Assembly: GCA_904063045.1 (NCBI GenBank)
Contig: CAJFCJ010000002.1
Location: 1,386,422 to 1,450,421 of the forward strand
Origin: Dimorphilus gyrociliatus
Lineage: Eukaryota; Animalia; Annelida
Length of the DNA stretch: 64,000 bases
Reading direction: 5' to 3'
In this document: one piece after another, positions 52,956 to 64,000 of the stretch
Position numbering within the stretch: the first letter of the stretch is position 1
Layout: each line of letters opens with the position of its first letter
Notes under the pieces: generated by a model
Told to the model about the DNA's origin: nothing
Databases searched by the model: none
What the model saw: the letters and a program-made list of their open reading frames with translations, nothing else
Translations under genes and position numbers: made by a program

Positions 52956-53596
52956 TTAATTTTTACTGAAGTATTGATTGATAACATCAAGCGCCTCAGT
53001 TTCTTTTCCATAATCCTTAACAACAACGCAGCTACAACCAACAACTTTACGAGCTTTTCCTTCTCTATCAATCTTACATAATCCAGCCCATTCTCCGAGC
53101 TTCTTATTGTCGTCCACCTGTAATTATTATGGCGATTAGAGAACTTCAAATTTTTCTAAACGTTTAATAATTTCATTCGTTATCAGTAAATGCAATCATC
53201 ACTTTTATTATGAAGAGGGCGCATTTGGTATCATCCTTATTGGGCTAAACGTGATTAATTAATGAAGAGTATACTTACTCTTAAAAGGTTTATACCATGT
53301 TCGGCGCAGAGAGCTTCAACGAGTTTTACATATCCCGGTTCGTCGCAGTTGTTAGCCAAAACACACAAATGTGCTTGACGTTTATCTAAGGCTTTGGCAC
53401 TTTCGTGAAGGCCACGTGCCAAACCGTCAACAGTCAAAGAGGTCTTCAGGACTTCTTGAAGAGCAGTGTAAACGTTCATGGATTCTCCATTGGAGGTGGG
53501 CATAGGTGTGTCATCTCTGGAGAAAAAAAATAGGTGGCCCAGTTTACACACGTTGTTTAGTATATGTGTCCTAACTTACCCTTCAGCGTCAGACAT
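52956..53596 (-). CDS. RPS12: 40S ribosomal protein S12
   Basis: MSDAEG|[70 protein letters not shown]|[37 protein letters not shown]. Confidence 0.97.
53180..53240 (-). ncRNA. Putative intronic box C/D snoRNA, SNORD100-like
   Basis: In an oversized (~155 nt) RPS12 intron: C box AGGATGA (53237-53231), guide ATGCGCCCTCT (53224-53214), degenerate D' CATA, C' GTGATGA (53202-53196), D box CTGA (53186-53183). Confidence 0.6.
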
Positions 53597-53744
53597 AGTG
53601 TACTTTTGTCTCCTGTTTATTGAAAGGCATAATTTAGTTAGTATATAGAACAACTTCTAACACTTATAAACGGCTAACTGCAATTAAATAGCTTTTATAA
53701 TGTGAAATTTCTACTCACGGCCAGCCGGACTAGGCAAAATATAC

Positions 53745-53756
53745 GAAAAGGAAGAA
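53745..53756 (-). promoter_or_regulatory. TCT/5'TOP pyrimidine tract of RPS12
   Basis: TTCTTCCTTTTC about 30 nt upstream of the first (5'UTR) splice donor gtgagt. Confidence 0.6.
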
Positions 53757-53929
53757 CATTGTTGTCAAAGGTCGATTTCGTAGGAAATTTTAAAATAACA
53801 AATCCACTACAAAAAATATATGAAAAAAAATAAAAATGTTGGAATATAATTAAGCAACTTCAACTTCTATTATAATACGAAACTGCGGTTTACTCATCTA
53901 TATTAGGAAACTACAAAACAAAAACAAAT

Positions 53930-55346
53930 ATGGCGTCAGAGTAAGTAATCAAAGTAAACTTATTCTTTGATATTGTTATGTTAACACTTAAATAATAATT
54001 GATTTAGCAAATCATCAGGAGGCTGGTGGTCTGGATGGCTGCAGGCTGCCAAGGATAAAGTAAGTAATCTGATACAAGACTTTAAAAATCTATAATAATC
54101 TGTTAAACTTTCTCAAGTCTGTTGACGCATTACAATTCGTTAAATCAGACCTGCAGGAGTTTACTTCTACTGTTCAAAGGGATACAGTAAAGGCAGCTTC
54201 AACAGTTAAAGAAAAAATTTCTGTGAGTGCTAGCATCTTTTTTTAGAAATGTAAATTTACTAAATGTTAATTCAACAGCAAGAAGAAGCCTCTACGATTG
54301 TTAAGCAGGGTGTTTCAAGTTTTATATCATCTTTAAAATCTGATGATTCTTTGAATCCAGATGATAAAAATAATCCTGTGATATTTGATCAAGCTCAATC
54401 CCGACTTTCTACTCTTCAATCAGATAAAAATACATACATCAAACCAATAGATGAGACAGATACAGAGTATGAAAGATTTCTTGATTCTTTCGATATTGAT
54501 GAGGTGAAAAAAGATATCTCTGACTTAATGGTAAATGAAAGTGGCGTAAGAGCATTGTACACTTCGCTGGTCCCATCTGAAATTCCTCATACGGTTTTTT
54601 GGCAGAGGTATATATCTAGTTAAATGAATTGATCTATTTGAGCATGAGATTTTTCGTTTAGGTACTTTTACCGATTAGAACTTTTAAAGAGAGACGAAAG
54701 AAGAAGGGAAGAACTTAAACGACGAGCAGATAACACAGTTGAGAAAGATATTGCATGGGATGATGGTAATTATCTTTTGTAGATAGATAAATACTATTGA
54801 AAACATTACATTTTTGTCATTATATATAATATTTGTTACTATAGAAGATGAGATTGACTTTTGTAACGACTCTGTAAAACTAAACGAAGAATGTACTAAA
54901 TATAAAAATGCGACCAAGGACCAAGAAAATGTGCCCGAAAGTGTTCAACCCGAAAATGTACCAGAACAGAGCGAAGAGAACAAACCTGATGATACGAATG
55001 ATGTTAAAACAAATGAGGACGGCAATGAGAAAGGCAGCGATAGAAAAGAGAAAGGTACTATCATATATAAATAAAGGAAATATCTAAAATTTACTCTTTC
55101 TTTTACGAACCATAGAACAAAGTGACAGTAGTTTGGACGACGATTGGGAGGTTGATATAGATGTTTCAGAAGAAGAAATGAAGAGAGCCGAAGAAACATT
55201 GGCAAAACTGACAGTAGCAGATAATAGGAGAGACTCAAAATCTGAGGTGAGCTGACAAAGACCAATTTTTAATATTAATATTATATTCAATGAACAATAA
55301 ATATCTTATACAGAAACCAGATGAAGATTGGGAAGGCTGGGAATAG
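53930..55346 (+). CDS. BSDC1: BSD domain-containing protein 1
   Basis: GGWWSGWLQAAKDK|SVDALQFVKSDLQEFTSTVQ..RLSTLQSDKNTY..ALYTSLVPSEIPHTVFWQR|YFYRL; ends DEDWEGWE*. Confidence 0.88.
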
Positions 55347-56078
55347 ATAAATAGAAACACTACAGATATCTCTATGCCTATTCAATATAGCAAGAAGAAA
55401 AAACTGATTTATATACTTTATGTGGATACAAATATCTTTCAGAGGGTTTATGTTATTTATGTTATTATTTGTTTTTTAAAAAAAAAACATATGTAATAAT
55501 ACTTTTTATTTTATATGGGTTTTTATTACTCAGACATCATTTATCATTTTTGGTTTATAAAACTCTTTTATTTTCTCCAACGCTTAACGAAAAAGAACAA
55601 GCTGGGCTTTTTGTATTTAATTTAGCATTCATTTTTTAATGAAAAAAGAATTGGTTTATGGAGCTTGTCTTTTTTTTCTGTTTTTTGTTTTTACAATGGA
55701 CGGATTTGTTAAAATTATAGGATTATGCTTTTAGATTCAGGAAACAAATAACAAGGATACATACGCTTTCAAAACATAGAGAGAGAAAGAGAAAAAATAT
55801 GAAATATTTCGGTTATAATATTAATATTTTCTTCTAATTGACAAACAATATCTTTCTTAAGGTTATCTTCATTTCCAGAGCTAAAATACTTTTTTTTTCC
55901 TTTTTGGCACAAGATGAATATTGTTTTTTTTTCTCAAATAGTTAATATTTTTCCTTTTTTTGTGTGATTCTTTTCATAGATATGGTGATAATATGAATAC
56001 GGAACATTTTTTTTCTTTCCATATTATAAATAATTTAAATCTTCTCCTCTGGAGAGTTTTTGGGAGAGATTCCTTCAT

Positions 56079-58120
56079 TTATAATTCAGTTCTTTCGCGA
56101 CTGACATAAAATAGGACATAGCCATTCTCCGTAACGACCGAACTATCATAGATAGTAGATACTCTGTTGAAATAATATTTTATAACTATTGTCAAAAAAT
56201 GTTTCAATTGATTTTAATTACATAGAGTCGTTGAAATGGTGCCAAGTTCCAGTTTCCGAATTCAGGGCATCGGCCGTATAATGGCCGTATTGGGGTGACC
56301 CTGAGTGATTTGAAACAGCGTATAAATCGTAGATTGGCGCAGAAACACCTGTACAATGGTTTAGTATGATTAACTTTTTTTTGATAGTTACTCCTTAGTT
56401 ACCGTCTGAAGCGTGTCCTTGCATATTCAACCCTTTGGTGGGATAATTAATTGATGAGTTTAACTTGGAAGTTAAATAACTCCCATGTTGGAATCTCTTC
56501 AGCTCTGTTATGAATACAATTAATTGCGATTATTCGGAATAAGACAATGATTACAAAGCAATAAAAAATTTGTTATACTTACGAATTATTAATACTTTGG
56601 GGAATCTCCTAATTGAAAATTTCTTATGACTCTTCTGCCGACATTTACATTTCGCACACATCTTTAATATTAAAATTTAATGTTATGCTTAGCATATTTG
56701 ATTTATATTTTCTTTTATAATTTATTGGAATGCACTTACTGGCTTTTCATCCCTATCTAGCACCTCTTCCTTTGTAAATTGAGACAAGCAGGTTTCAAGT
56801 TTTGAACTCTGTCCGGTTAAGGGTAAATGCAGCATCCACAGGGGCTCAAATGTGTTTGAAGTGTATGAGCATTTGTCACATTTCAAGGAACTCTGCAGTT
56901 GTCCAACGAAGATATCAACGATTTTACTTTTTTCGCAATTTTTATATAATTTCCACATTTTTTCCGCTTTTTCAGCAGCAGGAGTACTATCAACGTTATC
57001 ACTACTATCTATATAGCGTTTCTCTTTCTCTCTACTCAAATTTAGGTCGTTATGTAATCCTTCGAGGAGGTAGAGGAGAAACTCTTGAGAATCGTGTTGA
57101 CTATAGCCATCGAACCTAGAAGAAAATTTTCCAATTTGCTCCTTAAAATCTCTAGGGGATATTGAAGCGCTACTGTCACTCCATAATTGTTTCAATAAAT
57201 CAGAAAATGCTGTTAAAAACAGAAAAAGAGATTATTTCTCTCAATAAACAAACATTATCTAAATAGGCAATATAAGCTAACCTCTAATCAGATTCCCTTT
57301 CATAGAACTTTTTTTGTTTATATCATTCTCATAGTTGCCGTAAAAACAATATTCTCTTAATAATTTCGTATTCGACAAACACTGAATTATCGAGTTCATG
57401 AAGCACTTTAATAAGGGTTAGATAAGAAAGTATTAATGATTTAATTCTTAACTATATTAAATATGATATGCTTACTGTATTTCCAAGGTTTCGTAAACCT
57501 TTTAAACCGCAATTTCTATTTGTTCGAGGTGTATTGTTCTAAAATTTTGGAAATATGAATAATAAGTGAATTTTTGATGATTTAAGCAAAACGCAAAAGG
57601 TTATAAACAATAAGAAAGTGTGAATACTTACATTAGCTTTTTTCTCGAAGCTTTTCGAGCGGTAATTATTATTTGTATCTCCGCCCAGTTTGATTGATGT
57701 CAACCTGTCAGTACTATCCGATCTTCGACGGTCAATATTGCTTGGTTCGCTTACATTTATTAAGTTAGTACTAAGATACCTTTTGGTTGCTCTAGCACTG
57801 CTACCTCTGCTATCGAAAGAGTCACGTCTAGGCCTCGAAACGTCAGGATATTTCTTAGAGGTTGTTATAAATCTTTCATCTGCTTCGAAGAAGGGTTTTG
57901 TAGATTTTGAATAATCGGGGATCTTTCGGGTCTCAACAGTAGGATTTGTTTTAGATGGTGAATATGGTAAAGGTGGTAATTTCTGATTGCGAACTATAGC
58001 ATACAAATCAGGCGATCGTTTTCTTCCAGTTGTTTTTGAGTACTTGGATCGATTAGTATCAACTGTACTACGATTCATGCTACCGAGCGAACCTATTTGA
58101 TACTGCACACCACAATTCAT
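56079..58120 (-). CDS. USP2: Ubiquitin carboxyl-terminal hydrolase, USP2/21-like
   Basis: Cys box GLRNLGNT|[10 protein letters not shown]; [16 protein letters not shown]; [13 protein letters not shown]; His box [29 protein letters not shown]; long disordered N-terminus. Confidence 0.85.
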
Positions 58121-58384
58121 TCCTTTCTATTTCATTCCCATCCTAAATTGCAACACCTGAAACAATTTATACGAAATGGTTAGCATCAAGAATGATTGGA
58201 ATGTGATACGCAATATCTCTTTTTAATATACATCATTGAACAAATTCTACATTGTCAATGAAATTAATCACAATTTTATTTATAACATTATGTCTTTATT
58301 TATACCTGAAATTATCCGAGACAGTTTTTATTTGTTATTTCTTATTGAGAAGCTACGTTTTGTTTTCATCCATTCTCAGTTAAG

Positions 58385-58394
58385 GTCACGTGAC
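58385..58394. promoter_or_regulatory. Palindromic E-box (USF/CLEAR type) GTCACGTGAC in the USP2/Patched-domain divergent promoter
   Basis: Exact 10-bp palindrome. Confidence 0.4.
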
Positions 58395-58755
58395 ACCTTA
58401 ATCTCCATGGATTCGTAATCAACACAGCATAAAAGAGCATAAAGCTTCCTACTATCTTCAAGGAAATACGAGCTTTTGCCTTCATAAAACCATATTCCGC
58501 TATGAGTCAGTCAAAAATATTTTGAATGGGGAACAGGATACGCAAGTGTAGTAGCCAGCGTACAAACACGTCATTTACAATATGACCAATAAACACCACT
58601 GATAAATGCACCAATCACAACTCTCCTTTTTCATTTCACAACAAACTAACTTAAGCCTATATGCCTAGAACGAAAACTAGAGCAATAATCGAACTCAATA
58701 ATGACCACAAAAGAGTATATAAGGTGACTTGCCGTCAGATCACTCCAGTAAAACT

Positions 58756-61700
58756 ATGAAGAGCTGCGGAGAATTTGTCATATGTAGAATCTTCAAGAAA
58801 ATTAGTAATTTTATTATTAATTCTCTAGAAAGAGGATTTTACCAGTAAATATTTATTTAAATGGAATATTTTCGCATTCTATTATTATCCCTAATTTTCC
58901 AGATTAGGATGTTTAGTAGCGAGGTATCCATGGGCATTTATAGCAATAGATTTAATATTATGTGCAGCTATAATTCCTGGTGTTGTAATGCTTAAACAGG
59001 TAAAAAAAAAGAAAGAAAGAAAAGAAAAAAGAATTAAATAATAGCATTAAATAATCATAACACTCTTATTCAGGAAAATAGAACTGATAAACTATGGGTA
59101 CCGCAAGGATCTATTGCGCAACTGGATAAGGAATGGGTTGACGAGAAATTCCCTAGTAAAGTAGGAGAAATTGTTTATATATTTTGTTCATAATCATCGA
59201 ATGTTCTTTTTTTTTTTATTCTAAATAGATAAGATTTAGCAATGGAATTTTCGAAAATGACGATGATGTTCTAACACCAGAATTAATTAAAGATGTATAT
59301 AATAGAAATAAAGTTTAAGATATGAATTTATTAAAATGAATATTTCTTTAATAGATGTTGAAATTTGACAAAAAGGTTAAGGCTATACGCAAAGATAATC
59401 AATACAACTGGCAGTCAATTTGTGCCAGGTAAGTAATTTCATCTAAAGTATAATATACACTATGTGTATATATGTTTTCTTAATCTGTTCATTAATAGAA
59501 ACGGCGATAAATGTTGGTCAAATAGTATTCTGGAATTATGGAAATTCGATGAATCAATTATTAATAATCTATCTAAAGAACAAATTTTAAACGATATTAA
59601 TACAATAACTATCAGGTGAATTATTATTTGCTTTAACTAGGTCTTTTACCAAAATTCTATTACCTTGTTGTTATTACTTAGGCGAGGGGTCAAATATTTT
59701 TTTTACTTCTTTATTATCTCAATATATAAAATATTTTTTCAGCCCTGTTTATAATAGTCCGTTTACGGCCAGTAAATTACTCGGTGATATAAATAGGGAG
59801 GGTGGCAGGATTGTCTCAGCAAAAGCTACTAGAGTAACTTACTTTATTAAATTTAACTCTACTGTAAAAAACGGACAAGACGTTGATGAAATTGGCGATT
59901 CATGGGAAAAATCTTATTTAGATATTGCCGAAAAGGGTTCACAATTACCGAAAACGAATCTTTACTATTTTTCAACAAGATCATTCGGTGATGTTGGTGG
60001 CGGTGCCATATCTGGAGATGTTTCACTTCTAGCAGCTGGTTACATGATTGTAATTGTCTTTGTTTGCATAGTCTTGGGAAAATTCAATAGAGTTGAGCAG
60101 AGGGTAAGTGTAGCTTGACTATGAATAATCGCCCAAATGGCTATTTTAATCTAAAGAATGCAAATTTCCAAAAATGATTCAGGCTTGGGTGACACTAAGT
60201 GGAATCGGATGTATAGGCCTTGCTATCGGAATATCATTTGGATTTTGCTCATACATTCGTTTATTTTATGGTCCGCTTCATTCCGTTTTACCATTCCTTT
60301 TATTAGGTACTTAAAATAATAAGAAAATATTTTATTTATTAATATAACTACCCCTTATCAGGCATAGGCGTAGATGATATGTTTGTAATAATACAAGCAT
60401 GGGAATCTTTGGAGGAAGAAGAAAAACACAAAAGTGTTCAAGAAAAAATTGGATGTATGCTTAAACATGCAGGCGTTTCTATTACGGTTACATCCATTAC
60501 CGATATAGTAGCTTTTGGGGTTGGAGCTAGCACAGTACGTACTTTTTCAGGCCTACTTCATTTACTTTTTTATAAATAGCTCTTGTTCGCAAGCTATTGT
60601 CTTATTTTTTTAATTATAAATTAATAACTATAGATAATACCTGCCTTGAGATCATTTTGTATATGGGTTTGTGTTGGTGTTATTTTTACTTTTCTCTTTC
60701 AAATAACACTCTTTGTTGCCTGTATATCCTTCGACCAAAGGCGCTCAAAATCTGAAAGAGACGCTTGTTGTTGCTGTATTCGATATAATGATTTTAAACC
60801 GAATGCCTGCTCTCAAAAATCTTATATGAATTTATTTTTTTCGAAAATTTATTCAAAGTTTATCTTATCTCTACCCGTAAAAGTTTGTAACAATTACTTT
60901 GAAATATATTATCTATATCATGAGTTTTCTTATCTAATTTATAGATAATAATCATTGTTATAACGGCAGCCCTATTTGGACTATCCATATGGAGAGTAAC
61001 AGAATTAGAGCAGGATTTCGATCCATTTCTCTTTCTACCAACTGGAACTTATGCGAGAACATTTGTTCAAAAAAGCGATAAATACTTCCCCGAAGCTGGT
61101 ATCAACAGCGCCGTCTATTTTGACTCAGAGAAATTGAACTACTTTGAAAAGTTTACAAGATTAGAAAAAATACATGATGAAATAGAAGGTGATCCTTATA
61201 CGTCTAAAGGAACAACGGATAGCTGGACTAAAAGCTATAAGGAATTCTTAAAGAACACAAATAACCCTGATATAATCGCCAAATTGGATTCAAGTAAGTT
61301 CAATAGGAAGTTTAAATTTTTTTTAATTATTCAATGGTTTTAAATCCCTATCATAGATAAATTCCCGAAAACGAAAAAAGACTTTGACGAGATATTATTC
61401 AAGTATTTTATCGTCTATGGAGGAAATGGACCGGGAAATAGATTTATTAAAGATATCAAACTACGCGAAAATACTAAAACTGAGATTATAGAAGCATTTA
61501 GATTTACATTTACGTAAGTTTTTTATAGATGAGACTATTATAACAATATACAGTATATACAGTATATACGGTGTATATAGTTTTTGTATTAAATAGTCAC
61601 AGACAATTATCCAACTCTGCTGAAGAAATAAAAGCAATGGATAGCATCAGAGAAGTATGTCAAAAATTATTTTTCAATAATAAAAAAATTCTTTATATTT

Positions 61701-61792
61701 TTTAATAATAGGTGGCAAATAAAGCTTCTAATGATCTAAAAGTAGAAGTTAGAGTATTTGAAAATTCATACACAACTTTTGAAGGGAATAAG
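58756..61792 (+). CDS. Patched domain-containing (PTCHD3/NPC1-like, sterol-sensing) protein; 3' exons not in window
   Basis: ARYPWAFI, QENRTDKLWVPQGS, SSD motifs LPFLLL|GIGVDDMFVIIQAW, AGVSITVTSITDIVAF, PALRSFC, LEQDFDPFLFLP. Last visible exon ends SYTTFEGNK|gtaagt, before the second TM bundle. Confidence 0.88.
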
Positions 61793-61987
61793 GTAAGTTA
61801 AAAGTTCTTTTACTTTATCTTCATTTCTTTTTCTTCTAAAACATGGGGTATTTACAAGGGAAGGCGACAGAGGGAAAGGGGGGAAAGGGACAAAAACTCG
61901 TAAAAAGGTAAGGGTAACAATGTATCAATTAACAAAAAAAAGTACGAGAAAAGATAACATTAGCAAGGAGATCTCTTTTCTTTATAG

Positions 61988-64000
61988 TTAATTCATAAAA
62001 CCGCCATTACTATGAGCGTTAGAGTTAGCTTGAGTTGTTATCGTTGTAGAACTATTTCCTTTATCTTCTCTCTTATCATTCCAAGCTGGCCTCAGTTTGT
62101 ACCAGTAGTATTCAAAGGCCAAAGTTAGTAGGCCTAGGCCAATACCGATAAAAATAACGAGGAAGACCCCGCCGATATTTTTTATGCTAATTCCATCGCT
62201 TTCGTCTTCAATTTTTTCGCATTTTACTTTTCCGAAATCCCACCATCTCGACTTTAAATCTTCCAAAACTCTTTGATTTAATAGTTGAAGGACAACACTA
62301 GACAATTGATTTTTAAGGGTTGAACCTTCTTGAACAGCTAACGCATACGGTTTACGACTAAATTCTTCGCCAACCTCCCATAGAGCACAGTCTATATTTG
62401 CTGCATACTTATTTTGCGTAGCGTCTCCTATAAAAGCAAATTCTTGTCCTGAAGGAGGATTTTTTATACGATTTTTTGCCTCCTCAAGTGACAGAGGGAA
62501 GCCAGACTCCTTCATTGCAGCCCACATATTTGTGAATTTATCTGATACTGGATAATCCCATACTGCTAGTTTGGCTCTCTCAAATTGATCCAAACTATCA
62601 TTCAAGCTCATACTTTTCCATATACTATAGAATTTCTCTTCAATGTCAGCCATTCTTTCGAAATACGTTTGTGTGGCCGTAGCTGACTGGGGAGCGTACT
62701 TTACTTTAAATTGTTTGGCAAGATCATCCAGAGAGGATATAGGTTCATCAAGTCGTGAGACGGTAAGAAAGGCAGCCAAATTAGCCGTATAAGTGGCTAT
62801 CATTATGAAACCAAACATCCACCAGGTGGCAGCAACTAAACGACCCGATAGAGCTCGTGGAGCTTCACCTCCACCTTGAGGCGTTAGCGATGTCATGCAG
62901 AACCAAAGTCCCTCCTTAAGTGTAAAAACCCTCGGTTCGTCGCCTTGTCCATCCCAACTTTCTTTATTATTCTGATAGCTATAAGGCGAGTATTTATCAA
63001 ACACACAAAGTAGAACGCTTACGATGACGAAAGCAGAGAAGATACAACCCCAAACCGCTCTCTCTAAGACGTTTAAGAATCTGAAGACAGTATACTCAAA
63101 TTTCGGCTTTTTCATTAAGATCGTTATCCCAACTAAATCGTAGAACGGTACAGTAAAATCAACAACATTCTCTCTCTCTGCCATAACTGATACAGCTCCG
63201 ATCATAATATCAGCTCTATCTTCTATTAATTCTTTTATCATACCATTCCAGTGTCGTGTAGAATTCATTGAACCATATAACCCATCTGGACTTTGATAAA
63301 GAATGTATTTGAATTTCAATTTGTCTTTTATCTTATTTAATAGTTCTATACAATATCCGTAATAGTACTGGCCGCTAACTTCGTCATAGTAATACTCGCT
63401 GATACCACTGGGAAGTTTAGAAGAGTTGAAAACAAATGGAGGTTCGGTTACCGTTACAACCCTATAAATCTTTTGCATGTAGTTTTCACTTATGGAACCG
63501 TTTAGTCTGATAAGGCCAGTTTTTTTACTCCAGGACCCAATCTCTTTTGATCTTGTAAGCCTTAGGGATGAATCTTGTTCTAATACTCCAGGTTGAATAC
63601 CCTTTAATAGTCCAGTTACACCAGATCGCGTCTTTTTGAATATTGTGTCAAGAAGGAGGGTTGCTTTTTCGTATCCTGTCTTATCCGTAGATGAATCTAG
63701 CAAGCAATCGTTGTATTGAATCTCATTGCCAAATTTCCCTTGCGATATCAGATCGCCGATTGAAGAGGCTATCAAGTGAATCATATCGAAGATATAGGCC
63801 CTACTAACATCGACAATAGGTGATGTATCGTAGGAACTTTTGTAAACAGAATAGGAGGATTGAGACGATTCATCTATTACAGGCGATATTTGAACAATTG
63901 TATCCTTTAGGGGACAATCTTTACACGGCGGGACATTCATACTCATAACGTACCAATGATATTTAAAAGACATCATTCCCATTTTCTCACCAATCTTTAA
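61988..64000 (-). CDS. Ir25a: Ionotropic receptor co-receptor IR25a (iGluR superfamily), 5' part beyond the window
   Basis: IR25a signatures LWFCMTSLTPQGGGEAP..SGRLVAATWW, LTVSRLD..SLDDLAKQ, YFERMADIE, MSLNDSL...ERAKLAVWDYPVSDK, VGEEFSRKPYA. Frame is open to base 64000. Confidence 0.92.
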   Translation of the reverse strand, partial: LKIGEKMGMMSFKYHWYVMSMNVPPCKDCPLKDTIVQISPVIDESSQSSYSVYKSSYDTSPIVDVSRAYIFDMIHLIASSIGDLISQGKFGNEIQYNDCLLDSSTDKTGYEKATLLLDTIFKKTRSGVTGLLKGIQPGVLEQDSSLRLTRSKEIGSWSKKTGLIRLNGSISENYMQKIYRVVTVTEPPFVFNSSKLPSGISEYYYDEVSGQYYYGYCIELLNKIKDKLKFKYILYQSPDGLYGSMNSTRHWNGMIKELIEDRADIMIGAVSVMAERENVVDFTVPFYDLVGITILMKKPKFEYTVFRFLNVLERAVWGCIFSAFVIVSVLLCVFDKYSPYSYQNNKESWDGQGDEPRVFTLKEGLWFCMTSLTPQGGGEAPRALSGRLVAATWWMFGFIMIATYTANLAAFLTVSRLDEPISSLDDLAKQFKVKYAPQSATATQTYFERMADIEEKFYSIWKSMSLNDSLDQFERAKLAVWDYPVSDKFTNMWAAMKESGFPLSLEEAKNRIKNPPSGQEFAFIGDATQNKYAANIDCALWEVGEEFSRKPYALAVQEGSTLKNQLSSVVLQLLNQRVLEDLKSRWWDFGKVKCEKIEDESDGISIKNIGGVFLVIFIGIGLGLLTLAFEYYWYKLRPAWNDKREDKGNSSTTITTQANSNAHSNGGFMN

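Noticed and set aside
61859-62130. Possible + strand exons continuing the Patched-domain gene (GRRQRERG..; LIHKTAITMS..)
   Set aside because: No resemblance to the expected Patched TM segments; they overlap the IR25a 3' end and UTR.
62770-62800. TYTANLAAF instead of SYTANLAAF in the IR25a gate
   Set aside because: Conservative change that I believe also occurs in other IR/iGluR members; not enough to claim novelty.

Overview
AT-rich, extremely gene-dense eukaryotic DNA with about 28 protein-coding genes in 64 kb and mostly ~45-70 nt GT-AG introns. An IR25a orthologue and an SH3/RhoGAP-type p85 point to a protostome, probably a lophotrochozoan. The compaction recalls the miniature annelid Dimorphilus, but that is inference only. 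Genes in order: ECT2L-like (partial, -), ZFAND5/6 (+), 651-aa intronless orphan (+), ZNHIT2 (-), COX7C (-), WDR83 (+), divergent HSF-domain gene (-), CHERP (-), MKNK/Mnk (+), 155-aa orphan (+), possible small membrane protein (-), SRSF3-like (+), PI3K p85-like (-), EFHC1 (+), TEX33-like (-), MTG1 (-), NEURL4 (-), OST4 (+), ankyrin protein with CaaX box (+), aldo-keto reductase (-), CWC27 (-), TPR-less SGT1 (+), RPS12 (-), BSDC1 (+), USP2-like (-), Patched-domain gene (+, incomplete) and IR25a (-, partial). No tRNA, rRNA, CRISPR or recognisable transposon was found. Top observations: (1) IR25a, intronless over >=2 kb, apparently nested antisense in an intron of the Patched-domain gene; (2) a miniature SNORD100-like C/D snoRNA candidate in an RPS12 intron; (3) tandemly duplicated alternative last exons in the TEX33-like gene; (4) a duplicated bipartite CTCF-like module in the CWC27/SGT1 divergent promoter; (5) an HSF protein with an internal, altered DNA-binding domain. 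Gene models were spliced and translated by eye, family calls come from remembered motifs, and no database search was run.
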